Shown here piece by piece: positions 12,537 to 25,619 of a stretch of 45,713 nucleotides of DNA. Location of the stretch: positions 1-45,713 of the forward strand of contig JAUCBJ010007080.1 in NCBI GenBank assembly GCA_032718475.1, given 5' to 3'. Source of the DNA: Nemertoderma westbladi. Lineage: Eukaryota; Animalia; Xenacoelomorpha. Every line of letters begins with the position of its first letter. The stretch's first letter is position 1. Position numbers and translations under genes: made by a program. The notes under the pieces were generated by a model that did no database searches, was not told the DNA's origin, and saw only the letters and a program-made list of their open reading frames with translations.

Positions 12537-12969
12537 AGCTCTCCATGGGGGAACTTTTAATGGAAACTTATCACGTACGCTCCTCAAGTCTCTCGATAAA
12601 CTGAAAGAATTATGTCCAGCATCTCATAATAAATATTTGGAAACCTTTGTTTCATTCAATGAAGTGGTTTTGGTATGCTTTGGAATGAGGCTCAAACCAA
12701 ACTATATTGAAACTATGGCTGAATTTCGCAAACTATACATGGATATGAAGATCAGTATTACACCAAAAGTTCACGCAGTATTTTTTCATGTAGAACAATT
12801 TTGTAGTAGTCGGAAGTTGGGCCTGGGATATTTCAGCGAACAGGCTTCTGAATCTGTACATGCCGATTTTGAGGCAACTTGGGCAAAATTTAAAGTAGGA
12901 GATAACCACCCTAAATATGGGGAGCAATTGTTACGATCTACAGCAGAATACAATTCAAAACATGTGTGA
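12537..12969 (+). pseudogene. C-terminal fragment of Chapaev/RAG1-like transposase
   Basis: GGTFNGNLSRTLL...ITPKVHAVFFHV...LGYFSEQASESVH resembles RAG1 MNGNFARKLM...ITNYFHKTLAHV...GAWASEGNESGN (HxxxxH zinc ligands, catalytic Glu). The first ~100 nt of the called ORF belong to the inverted arm. Confidence 0.8.
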
Positions 12970-13002
12970 TTTCCTACAGTATATACATTTCTATATATAT
13001 TT

Positions 13003-13964
13003 AATATATATTTTATATATTTTTATATATTTAAATATTTTTAATATATATTTTTATATTATTTGCGTACTGCAAGGTGACACATTAGCACCATTACTAT
13101 TTGTAATGAATTACGCAATGAGGACGGCCACAAAGGGTGAAGATCTGGGATTCACACTTCAAGAACGCAGAAGTAGTAGATATCCGGCAACTACAGTCAC
13201 AGACACCGACTTTGCGGATGACATCGCCGTGCTCTCTAATACGCTAGCAGATGCACAGCTTCTACTAAATAAAGTGGAGAGGGCTGCTAAGGAGGTTGGA
13301 TTGAATATAAATGCTACCAAGACCGAATTCATGACCTTTAATATTGATGGAAACTTGACAACCATTGATAATAATCAACTAAGGAAGGTCGACGACTTCC
13401 AGTACCTTGGATCATGGATAGAGAGTAGCAAAAAGGACATAGAAGTTAGGAAAGCAAAGGCTTGGGTAGCTCTATCAAAAATGGATACCATCTGGAAATC
13501 AGATCTCTCCAGGCACCTGAAGACTAAGTTCTTTCGAGCCACAGTGGAAAGTGTATTTTTATACGGGGGTGAGACCTGGACACTGACTAAATCACTAACA
13601 ACGAATTGATGGTTGCTACACAAGACTACTAAGGGCAGCTCTAAACATCAGCTGGAGACAACACATGACAAACGCCGAGCTTTATGGTATAATACCACCT
13701 GTATCAACCACCCTCCGTGAACGCAGATTAAGATTCAGTGGGCACTGCTGGCGAAGTAAAGACGAGGTCATACCAGATCTACTTCTCTGGCAACCAACTC
13801 ATGGAAAGCGTAGTCGTGGACGACCTGCCATAACATATATAGATCAACTTGAAAGGGATACTGAACTTGGGAGAAACGAAATTGCGACAACTATGGAGAA
13901 TCGGGAAGCCTGGAAGGATCTCATTTCCACTGTCCGAGTTCGCTCGACCTAGTAGTAGTAGTAG
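13003..13964 (+). mobile_element. 5'-truncated RTE-type LINE inside the Chapaev right arm
   Basis: 13065-13952 is nearly identical to 39705-40600 (QGDTLAP, FADD). (TAG)n tail. TSD TATATATATTT at 12992-13002 and 13965-13975; the uninterrupted left arm shows the empty site. Confidence 0.93.
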
Positions 13965-14596
13965 TATATATATTTCTGTTTTGTTTATAATATCTGGATT
14001 ACATAAACATTAAACAGTAGTGATAAATTGACCCTGCGAATTATTTTCCTTCACTATTTATAAAACTTATGCAACATAGCTAGCACACTACGCCTTATAT
14101 TTCGTACATTAATTTAGTTAAAATATAATTATTTTATTAATAATATAATTTAACTAATAAATATTAATCAAAAACGAACTCAACCATTTCCTTCATTCCA
14201 TATTTTGGACTTCAAGAAACTTTGCGAAGATGAGTTATTAAGTATTTCGAAAGTTCATTGTAATTTAACGTTAGTAATATTATTAAAATTATTTAATAAT
14301 TTAATTATTAAATAATTACAAATGGACTCCGCCAATTAATATTGTTTTTCATTTTTTGGATTCCATCCAACATTGCCAACATAACATGATAAGAATTTAG
14401 TCTGTTCATTTATTTTAAATAAATTTAATATTAGTAATATTAGTTAATAATTTAATTACTAAATAATTTTAAAAGGGCTCCGGGAAATATTTTCGTTTTT
14501 CCTTTTTTTGACTCAGGGCACCAAACCTTACATAAATATGTAAACAGAATTGGCGTTCATTTTTCTTCACCAAGATGTCCACTCAAGGGTGGTGTG

Positions 14597-17500
14597 AATA
14601 CGCATTGTAAAAGATGCCGCCGCCAGATACAAGGGGGAATGTCTTAATGACTGCCTCTTACAGGGTCCTAACTTGACAAATAAAATTATAGGAATTCTAT
14701 TGCGTTTCCGCAAGGGAAGCATTGCCTTCATAGCAGACATAGAAGGCATGTATCATCAGGTGAAAGTCACCGATGAGGATAGCGACAGCTTAAGATTTTT
14801 ATGGAAGCCAATAGGTAGTAACCAAATAGAAACTTACAAAATGCTTGTACATACATTTGGTGCTACAGATTCGTCGTGCATTGCCACCCACACTCTAAGG
14901 AGAACCGGGTTGGATAATGCAGACGAATTTGATGAAAATGTAATAAACAGTGTACTAACATCATTTTATGTAGATGATATCTGTGAATCCTTAGATACAG
15001 TTCCAGAAGCAATAGACCTGGCTCAACAACTCATTGCTTGCCTTTCCAAAGGTGGGTTTAGATTACACAAATTCATGTCTAATTCTAGAAAGTTTTTAGA
15101 GGCATTGAATGTCTCACACTTAGGTAAACAATACATAAACTTAGACCTGGACAACCTCCCAGCCACAAGAGTGTTGGGTGTCATTTGGGACACCCAATTG
15201 GATAATTTTAACTTTAATTTCCAGAAAAAGGACGCCCCTCTAACTAAGCGAGGATGCATAAGCGTTGTAAACTCAATATTTGACCCTCTGAACTTTTTAT
15301 CCCCCTTTGTAGTGAAGGGAAGATTAATTGTACGAGATATATGGCATTCCGGTATTGGTTGGGACGAACCAATACCACAGGAATACATCAAAAAATGGAC
15401 CAAATGGTCTCAACAGATTGCCGAACTGTCTGTCATACAGATACCCAGAGTGTACCATAGCTTTACTCAGGCATTAGAAAATATAAAGTACCAATTACAT
15501 CACTTTTGTGACGCCTCCGAAGTAGCATGCGGTTGCGTTTCATATCTTAGAGTTGAAATGGATGGCCATATAACAGTATCATATTTATTTTCCAAGGTTA
15601 AAATTTCCTCAGTTTCTAGCGGGTTGTCAACGCCCAGACGGGAGTTGCAGGCGGCAGTAATAGTCGCTGACGTTGGCCGAACTCTCAAGGAAGAACTCAA
15701 CCTTAAAATGGAAAAGTCAACATTTTGGTCTGACTCCAAAGTAGTTCTAGGATACATAAACAATGAGGACAAAGAGTTTAAAAGGTATGTAACTAACAGA
15801 GTAAATCATATTCTAGAACAATCCGAATGTAACCAATGGCTTTTCATTCAAGGTGAACTAAATCCAGCCGACGACATTAGCAGGGGACTCAGTGCTAAAA
15901 GGTTGAAGGATCGTCGTCAATGGTGGTATGGGCCCACTTTCCTTTCTCAAGACGAATCCCAATGGCCCGGAATCCAAAACAAATCAGAATGGACCGACGC
16001 CATTAGAGATGATCCTGATGTGAAAATTCAATATACGGGCGAAATATCAGAGGTCGATAACGATAGTGAAGTCTCTGAGGACGTCACGGAGGGGACAGAG
16101 GATTTCTGGTATAGTATTCTGGAAGAACTTCACACCAAAAAGGTAAGATTTAAGGACAGTTGTGAATCAGACATGAACGACAGCACAATAGAAGCTATCA
16201 CTAAAATTATAGACAGGAATTCATCCTGGAATAAGGTAAGAATATTATTCGCCTGGTTGATAAGGTTATGTAAGTACTCTATCGATCCGTGCAAGACTAT
16301 CATGTTAAAAAACACAGTGGTAAGTGCTCAGGAGCTAGAAAAATCCGGCAAAAGGCTTCTGTTCTTTACACAAAAGCAAACATTCAAAGAAGAATATAAA
16401 TGCCTATCTAATAAATCCCCAGTGCCTAGAAATAGCCCAATTGCAAAGCTTAGCCCCCACCTAGGTAATGACGGATTAATCAGAGTAGGTAGTCGTATCA
16501 GTAAGGCGCCCATATCATATGACGCCGCATACCCAATTATACTACCAAAGAAACATTCAATAACACGGGCGTTGATATGGGACGTACATACAAAATTAGG
16601 TCACGCAGGATACTCACACGTTGTATGTAAGCTTAGAGAAAAATATTGGATACTTAGCGTACAAGCAATAACTAAAGCCATGACTGGAAAATGCTTCATC
16701 TGCCGCTGGATTAAATCAAGGAGAATGGAGCAATTAATGTCACCATTACCAGCATCGAGACTAACGCCATACGAGCCCCCATTCACTTATTCCACAGTGG
16801 ATATGTGGGGACCCCTATACACTTTAAGAGGTCGCAGTACCACTAATAAAAGATACGGAATATTATTCACATGCCAAAACTGCAGAGCAGTTCATCTTGA
16901 CATCGCAATGAATGCATCAGCTGACGCATTCATCAACGTGTATCGTCGGTTTATATCCCGACGGGGCCCCCAAAAGAGGGTCGACTCTGATAACGGCTCA
17001 AACTTTATCGGGGCCGAGTCAGAACTTAGAAGTAACTTACAAACCTGGGAAGATGAGTTAGTTGAATTCTCAAGGCCGAATGGGACTGAATGGCACTTCT
17101 TGACACCACTAGCGCCCCACACGGGTGGAGTACATGAAAGGTTAATACAGATAGCTAAAAGAACCATTCTAGCCATAATTAATAAAAATTTAGTAACCGA
17201 TGACACATTACTCACAAGTATAACAGAGGTGGAATCAATAATGAACAGTCGGCCGCTTAGCATCGTAAATAACGACATCACAGGTGAGGAACCACTCACA
17301 CCTAACCACTTCCTTCTACAACGTCCTGCCTACAACGTACACATAGGGCCAGTTTACGATAGTGACTCTTATTCTACTCGTACTTGGCGTCAATCCCAGC
17401 TAATAGCCACTAACTATTGGGAGAGGTGGCTCAGGGAGTACGTAGTGACTTTACAAACCAGAAACAAATGGAACCGTGAACGTGATAACCTGCGGGTAGA

Positions 17501-17685
17501 CAACGCAGTACTGATCTATGACGATCATCAGCCTAGATCACAGTGGCAATGGTATCATCCAAGTGTTTCCAGATGCCGACGGAATTGTCCGCCATGCTTC
17601 AGTAAAAACTCCAGCAGGGGTTTATAAGCGTCATGTAGATAAGCTTTGCTTATTAGAATCTGATGTTATATCCATTGAAAAATAG
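14597..17685 (+). pseudogene. pol: BEL/Pao pol: RT, RNase H, integrase
   Basis: ADIEGMYHQV, FYVDD, LHHFCDASE, FWSDS, NPAD, HHCC zinc finger, VDMWGP/SDNGSNF/HERL. Frameshift near 17550, after which another frame gives VFPDADGIVR...KLCLLE. Confidence 0.95.
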
Positions 17686-18432
17686 AAATGTTTACATTAT
17701 ATTACCTTAATTATTTTCAGGGGGTGTACGACATTCATACAGTACTCTTGGAAACCCTCAGCAATGTAGATGCAATCAGAGGCATGTACCGTACCTCAGA
17801 TGAGACAACGGACAACCACATAAAGGGCAACCACTAGAAGATAATAAAGAACATTAATTATTCATATGAACCATAAATGACGGTGAAGGGACTTTTACAA
17901 TAATATATTTCTCTATGTTGTGCATTTTATATATAGTATTATATGTACTGTTTGTATGTAGTTCAATGTTTATTGCATTTATATATTTAGTATTATAGTT
18001 TGTGCAATACGATTTCTCACTAACACTCACTAACATTTATCTCATTTAACATTTCTCTCAAACATTATCAGACTATATTGACAAGACTAGTTTCGACCAC
18101 AGAGACAGAACGAAATAATCTAAAATCGTCACTCTAGTCTATGCTATATACTATATACTAGCTACCGTATGTTATACTGTACTATACAATCTCTATAATA
18201 ATCGATATTAAAATAAAATAAATAAATAATAAATAATAAAATTTAAAATTAAAAACAAATTAATAATAAAAGACCCTTATCTCAAATGAATGCTATTCGG
18301 TAAAATAAAGTAAAAGAAAAGGGTTGCAAATAAAAAAGGAAAGTAGACACGGGCAAACAGTCTACTAGCGCCCTTCCCCCACAAAAAAAAATAAAATAAA
18401 ATTTTTTTGAGATTTTGGCTTCGCAATATCTC

Positions 18433-18442
18433 AAGGGGGGAC
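18433..18442 (+). other. Polypurine tract
   Basis: AAGGGGGGAC immediately before the TG of the 3' LTR. Confidence 0.85.
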
Positions 18443-18965
18443 TGTTACAGATTGTACATGACCAGTAAAAAAATACCCCTTATTTCGTACAATGCTTGTA
18501 ACAAGTCAGCTCGAGCATATTAGCCCACAAAATCCAACCGCTAGCATTCAATATAATATAATGTTTATAATATCAGCTGATATCTACTACTATACATTCT
18601 TGGCCGGGTAATCTAATTGCTATGCTACATTCACTATTCAACTCTCGCCAATTATCACCACCTCTAATACCGCATACAATGACAATAAGACACATTGACC
18701 TATGACAGCTCTTCTTTACAACTTCCCTGTCCCTTTGTATCTCAACCTATTTAATCAACTAACAACCGCGATGAAATTCATTCTGTTATTAGGGAATCCG
18801 AAGTGTATCTTTTTACCGAACATATTTTGATGATATTAAATTCTAACATTCTTCAATAAACATTCCTGTTATTACTATTATGTTATCACAATGTTTTTCG
18901 GTCATTAAGATTAAATCACGCATAACTGACAGAATCAGAGCGATTAAAGTAAAAAAACGCTCACA
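18443..18965 (+). repeat. 3' LTR (523 bp)
   Basis: Matches the 5' LTR; the only difference seen by eye is A7 versus A8 near the end. Confidence 0.97.
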
Positions 18966-19477
18966 GCGTGTTTAAAAGTAAGTGTGGGAGGCCAATTTTG
19001 AAAATCGGCTGTGATTGACTGCTACATTTGACGTCATTACGCAGTGATCTGATAATTTTTTATCTTGGTTTATATGGAGAGAGATTTTCGATCGATTCAA
19101 ATACACATTAAATCTCACAGTCTCAATCATTGGCGAGTTGGTGTTCGTGTGGTTGAAGTTTCGTTCACAGTCTGACGGTAGGCCTACGCTTTCCGTTTGT
19201 TATACTGCGTTTCCGCTTGGAGCCTGGTTAAGTCACGGTCGATGTATACATCCTTGTATTCGATAGTGTCTCGTAGTTTCTTTATCTGTTTTCGGTTTCA
19301 GCCAGTAATGGCAGAATGGAGCGGCATTTGCATTTGCGGATATTTTCGACGGTTTTATATCGCAATTCCATGCCGCCATAAGATCTATACAGCTATAGGG
19401 GCTGTTGCGCTGTCAGTCAGAGAGGTAACAGCCCATGGGGTAGAGGTAGAATAAAACGTCTGTCCTTCGAGGTAGAA

Positions 19478-21560
19478 TAAAACGTCTGTCCTTATCTGAT
19501 CTGATCTGATCTGATCTGACAGCATCTGATTCTATAACCAATCAGGAGAAAGATATCTAATATTTACCTAACTGTCTGTTAGGTAAATAGCCAAAAGCTG
19601 AATAGGGGATCACGTTTCACGTTGCCTGTTTATGTATCAGTATCATCATATGACGTAGCAGTACAGGCATACCGGTATGCATCTAATGCACAAAGGCATA
19701 TTATTATACCTATTTATTATTATATATTTACACCTATTAAAAATGCGATATAGGATGAAGGATGGCGGGTATGAAAGTTGTACTGTATGTGTTGGCGGGT
19801 ATGTAAACAACTTTCGTAGATTTAGTTGGTGTTGAAACATTAAACATTTATTAAAAACAATACAGCCTTTGCTGCAATTTTTTCGTAAATCTTTCTTGTT
19901 AGTAGTTATCATTATTAATCGTTAAAGTTAATTATATTAATTATAATTAATATTATTAATTAAGTAATGATACTTATTAATACATTACATTTAAAATATT
20001 TATTGTTTGTTTGTTACGCTAAACATCTAAAGGGAAGGCAGGAAGGGGTATCTCTCTAGGCCTACTGTACAGTATAGTGATAGTGTGTATATGACGAAAC
20101 ACTTACTGACTTATGCCCCATATTGTCAGCTGATACAGTGGAGTTTATACTCAGACGATGAAGGAATATGGGAATGTGGGAATTAATAAACGCTGTTGTT
20201 ACCTTCCAATTGAAGGAAAAGAGCTGGTTACAGCGGCTGTAATTTCTAACCAAAACAATAAACGACGTTTTACCTACAAATTAAGCAAAAGGAGCAGGTT
20301 ACCGAGACAGGGTTTTCCAACCAAAACAATTAACGATTTTGTTACCACCAATTGAGGGAAAGGAGAATATGTTACCGCGGTGGCTTGTTTACACCCTCCT
20401 TCTTACTAACCGTCCGACTGACTGATCAATAGATCATCCCCCTCAAAAAAATAAAGGACATCGCGCACGCGCATAAAACACTTAATAAAGATAAATTTAA
20501 TAAAAAAAATCGACCGAAAAGTGAAATCCTGGTATTCTATACATGGGCGAAGAATACCAGACTTTCTGCCGTTATATTTCACTTTGCAGTTACCCCCATG
20601 TGAAGAATACCAGACTTTATGCCGTTATATTTCACTTTGCAGTTACCCCCATGTGAAGAATACCAGACTTTATGCCGTTATATTTCACTTTGCAGTTACC
20701 CCCATGTGAAGAATACCAGGTTCTCACCAAAAACACAGGTTATAGAACGGCTGAATATAACCAAAACAATAAACGAATTAGTACATTTACAGGTTATAAG
20801 ACATAAATAAGCTCTATAATACACTCAATAAAGATAAATTAAAAAATAATTAAAATCTTCATATATAAAATTCCAATAAAAGTCGACCGAAAAGTGAAAT
20901 CCTGGTATTCTTTACATGGACCGGCACCAAAATTTGGCACCAGCCGCTAAAAACACATTTTTAAAATATTTCTAGCTTATTTTATTTGAATTCCTTTTAG
21001 TTCGTTTCAGTTAGTCTTTTAGTTAGTATCGTTAGTTTCAGAGCGGGAGGTGTTATATTGACCACCCCCCCCCCCCCCCGGGTTTAAGGGGATTCATTGA
21101 TTAATTGCTTGATATTTTTTTCCAGATTAACAATATAAAACAATTTACATATTAAACACTAAAATAAGGAACTGGTAAATAATATATAATAGTGTATAGT
21201 GTACGTGTAGTTACTACTGTATTTAATTACTTAAGTAATAGATAGGGCCTACTGATCAAACTGAAAGTAAATAAAAATGTAACTGAAAATAGTGTAGCTG
21301 TGTAGTGAACGTCTATGATATCGGGCTTGTCTAATCAGCAAGATTTATGATTACCTAATTAAAAGTTTAAAAATAGTCTTAATGAGCTGTACCAATTGCA
21401 AACGTTAAAATGGAGGGATAGCCTTATGCGGTGAACCGCGTTTCCATAAGGGTTCCCTCCCAGTAATACCGGGGAAACTTCACATGCTGGTCGACATAGG
21501 CAGAAAGTCCAGTACTCATTTAGCTACTATTTAATGATGCAAGGTAGAGATGCCTCGCTA
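19478..21560 (+). repeat. Repeat unit copy A (unclassified)
   Basis: Collinear with 21752-23170: (TCTGA)n start, AATTGAGGGAAAGG subrepeats, GAAGAATACC motifs, poly-C, then AATACCGGGGAAACTTCACATGCTG. Confidence 0.8.
20549..20720 (+). repeat. 53-bp tandem repeat, about 3 copies
   Basis: Unit starts GAAGAATACC at 20549, 20602, 20655 and 20708; single in copy B. Confidence 0.9.
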
Positions 21561-21751
21561 AACCCTTCAAAACATTCGTGCCGAAACGAAAACTACCTTG
21601 GCCCCCACGCCGGGGTTGAACCCAGAACCTCCGAGATATGTGAATTCAATATAACCACTACACCAAGGTGCGCTCTGAACCAAGGTGGAACAAGTGTCAG
21701 ATACCGTCAGATCAGATCAGATCAGATAAGGACAGACGTTTTAGCCATCCT

Positions 21752-23170
21752 ACTGTCCTTCTGTCCTTATCTGATCTGACAGCATCTGATCCTATAACCA
21801 ATCAGGAGAAAGAAATATAATCTGATAATATTTACCTAACTGTCTGTTAGGTAAATTGCCAAGCTGAATAGGGGATCACGTTTCACGTTACCTGTTAAGT
21901 ATCAGTATCATCATATGAAGTAGGTCATAGCAAGTAGGCCTAGCAGTACAGGCATACCGCACCGGTATGCATCTAAATGCACAAAGGCATGTTATTATAT
22001 ATTAATAATGTGATTAGGATGAAGGTTTGTTACGCTAAAGGCAGAAAGGGAAGGCAGGAAGGGGTATCTCTCTAGGCCTACAGGCCTACTGTGTAGACCT
22101 AGTGTGTATATGAAGAAACACTTAACATGCCCGATATTGCCAGCTGATACAGTGGTGTTTACAGTATACCCAGACGATGAAGGAATATCTGAATATGGGA
22201 AGGTGGATGGGAATGTGGGAATTAATAAACACTGTTGTTACCTTCCAATTTAAGGAAAAGAGCAGGTTACAGCGGCTGTAATTTCTAACCAAAACAATAA
22301 ACGACGTTGTTACCTACCAATTGAGGGAAAGGAGCAGGTTACAGGGACAGGGTTTTCCAACCAAAACAATAAACGATTTTGTTACCTACCAATTGAGGGA
22401 AAAGATAATGTTACCGCGGCTGACTTTTCTAACCAAAACAATAAACAACCAGCGGGCACCTTCCCACATTCCCATCCACCCACCCACGACCCACCCATGT
22501 GGCAATACTAGGTTGATAAATAATTAGCATAAACATAATTAGTTAAGTACTATTAATGTACTTAGTAAGATTCTGGTATTCTTCACATGGGCGAAGAATA
22601 CCGGACTTTCTGCCGTTATATATTATTTTGCAGTTACCCCCATGTGAAGAATACCGGTACCAGGTTTTCACCAAAAACACAGGTTACAGAACTGCAGAAA
22701 GCAACAAAAAACAAAAACACAGGTACACAGATTAATATAACCAAAACAATAAACGAATTAGTATATGTCTGTATGTACAGGTTATAAGCCATAAATAAGC
22801 TCTCTATAATACACTTAATAAAGATAAATTAAAAAAAAAATAAAATCTTCATATATAAAATTCCAATAAAAGTCGACCGAAAAGGTAAATCTAGCTAGTA
22901 TTCTTCACATGGGCCGGCACCAAAATTTGGCACCGCCGCTAAAAACAAGTTTAAAATTTCTAGCTTATTTTATTTGAATTCCTTTTAGTTCGTTTCAGTT
23001 AGTCTTTTAGTTATAGTATCGTTGTTTCAGAGGGGGAGGTGTTATATTGACCCCCCCCCCCCCCCCGGGTTTAGGGGAATACCGGGGAAACTTCACATGC
23101 TGACATAGGCATAAAGTCCAGTACTCATTTTAGCTATCATTTTAAGGATGCAAGGCAGAGATGCCTACAT
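21752..23170 (+). repeat. Repeat unit copy B, diverged, lacking ~21090-21463
   Basis: Direct repeat of copy A with indels. Confidence 0.8.
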
Positions 23171-25619
23171 GAGAGTAAAAACCCAAGTGATCATTTTGTG
23201 AACATCCAATGATATTGCCTGTTTTATAAATGCTTTAAGTTGTTATGGGATGTTCTGTTTGATTGGTTGTTGTGTGATTTACTTGCTAATCTTGGCCAGT
23301 ATTAAATGCACTAAATCAACAAGCGATCAATGTAACTTAGTAGTTTACATTTAAATATTAGCATTATGCCGGTAGCTCTACATGTACTCTCAGACTCTAA
23401 CACACTTACCTATGACGCTATGAGTGATTGTTTGCAGTGACTGACGTAATAATGAAAGAATGCAGGAATGTACTTAAGATTATAATACAATTGATGGACT
23501 TTTCCTCTAGGTTCTAGGATAGAGGCCAGGCCTCTTTACAGCTTTAATCTTTGTAAAATACTGTCATATCGTACAATACACAGCAGTAACTGGACATTAA
23601 TGTAGGTAAATAATACGTAATACAGATATAATATAAATAATACTTTCCCTCACTTAATAATTATCATTGCTAATTCGCCGGGATGTGCTTTTAATTCACC
23701 GAGAGAAAGCCGCCCCAATATTAGATTATTACAACAACATATCCATTGGGTAAGAAAGTGGAGGAGAGCCAGCCCGTCTCTTAATTTTTTACTTTATATT
23801 ACGCGATCAATTTTCACTCATCTCGTCATGAACCCAACATGTATGTAACCTTTTGTTAAATTTGTTGGCTATGCGTTTGCGGTTGTTTGGGCGGTGTGTG
23901 GTAGGCCTACACTTTTCACACTTAAATATTTTGGTTGTGAAATGTTACAGGGCATAGCTATCTGAGATATTTCATTTATATTTTATTATGAGAGGAAGAA
24001 GAACATCAACGTTATTTACTATAAATGTAACAAAATAATTGTTTTTCGGGTTTAACTTGGAAGCCTCCCCAAATAGTTGATATACAATTATATTTAAAAT
24101 TATTTCCATGGTCATGGTCATTCACCCGTCTTTAGTTAGAAATTTGTTTGCATGAAAGACAGTTTAGTTTAGTTTTTACTGATTTATTATCTCTTATCTG
24201 ACTGGGGTAATAATAAAGGATAGGATAAATGGAAGCAAAGTGTGACAGTAACAAATATTTCCCCGTCACCCTAGCATGTCTTAAGTATATGATATATCAA
24301 AGGGGGAAGTTTGGATTCACTGCATAAATGCAGTTCACCAAACTTCCCCCGAATGCACACTGTAACTTCCCCCTTCCCCCAAATATCCACTGTTGAATTA
24401 ATTTGAAGCGATATAATAAGTACAAAATTGTGCGAGTTTTTAATTGTGTGGTCCAATTGTTATTTGATTTCTATTTATTATTTAAAGTGCATTTAATATC
24501 ACACTGGTTTTTAGAATATTATACTATACAACCTTATGTTTTATTAATTTACCCAATCGAAGCCTCATAAGGGCCGGTTATTTGTACGCATATCCCACAA
24601 CATATTAATTTGTAATATTTGCATAAAATATCCATAACGTTCAAACAACATATTAATATGAAAATAAAGTATCTGCAAAGAAAAGAACCCAATACTATAT
24701 AATTTGACCTTATTAAAAAATTTGCACTTTTGCACACTTATTTGTACAAATGCACTTTAGCAGATCGTAATGGTGGCTCTTATTTAACAAACTTATGTTT
24801 ATCCTCTACCGATCTACGATGGTGTATGATCAAGTGTCAGTCGCTAAAAGTGTCAAAAATCCAATTTAATAAATCTGGATTTGCGATTTTGGACCATATT
24901 CATGGACATTTTAAGTCACTTTATAGACATAAAAAGTTAAACAAATGTTACGATTATAGTTAGAAATCATTCCAAACTACATATTAATCCAAAAAATAAC
25001 ATTCTACAATGAATAGAACTGGAAATAATAGTGTTTGAAATATCGAAAAAATGTTCACTATTTAAGTGCATTTTGCACTAAGTGCACATAAGTATTTTCC
25101 CAAGTTGTATCCTATTTCACACACTACAATCTATCCTCTATCCAATGAAAAAAGTTTCAGATTAAACGGCCCTGTAGAACCGAAGTTATTTATGTTTAAA
25201 AATAGTAACTCGAAAATTTCAAATTCTCTTGGTCACATAGTCTAGTGGTTATCAATCACGTTAATGAAACCTAAGTTCGCGGGTTCGAAATCCAATATTG
25301 ACCATTCTTAATTTAAAAAATTATTTTTATTTTTTCACTAAAATCGCTCTAACTTCGGTTCTGGTGGTCCAAATTCAATAAAATTGGTATATTCTTTGCC
25401 GTAATCTTTTTCTTAATCTTTTGAGAAGGGGTTATTTTTGGCCCCAAAAAAATTAAAAAAAAGGGCCAAAATAACGCGATATTTTTCGACCCTTAAAATT
25501 CGTAATTTTAATTATATATGTTAAGATAAAAGATAGCGGATTAATTTGATACTTTTTACAGGTACTTTTGGCGCAATACGCTAAATTATAATGGAGTAGC
25601 GATTTGTTAAAAAAAAAGC

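Larger units (their letters stand above)
11766..14596 (+). mobile_element. Chapaev-like (CMC, RAG1/Transib-related) transposon derivative with ~770-bp inverted arms
   Basis: Termini CACACCACCCTTGAG and CTCAAGGGTGGTGTG. 4-bp TSD AATA at 11762-11765 and 14597-14600; removing the element restores BEL KPGTIRIVKDAAA. CAC..GTG termini plus 4-bp TSD match Chapaev. Confidence 0.85.
7243..18965 (+). mobile_element. Full-length BEL/Pao LTR retrotransposon, defective, with nested insertions
   Basis: TG...CA LTRs at both ends. 5-bp TSD GCGTG at 7238-7242 and 18966-18970. PPT before the 3' LTR. Domain order gag-PR-RT-RH-IN with three BEL-type zinc knuckles. Confidence 0.97.

Noticed and set aside
12917-13609. 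230-aa ORF fusing new N-terminus to RT
   Set aside because: Chance read-through of transposon arm and AT filler into a truncated LINE.
15023-17299. Antisense ORFs over pol (also 26393-27460, 43493-43876, 44807-45357)
   Set aside because: Shadow ORFs of real coding frames with no independent motifs.
21595-21675. tRNA-like sequence on the minus strand; another at ~25230-25300 on plus
   Set aside because: Only degenerate A/B boxes and no cloverleaf; not functional tRNA genes.
24540-25617. AT-rich segment with short internal inverted repeats
   Set aside because: No matching termini or coding remnant; left unclassified.
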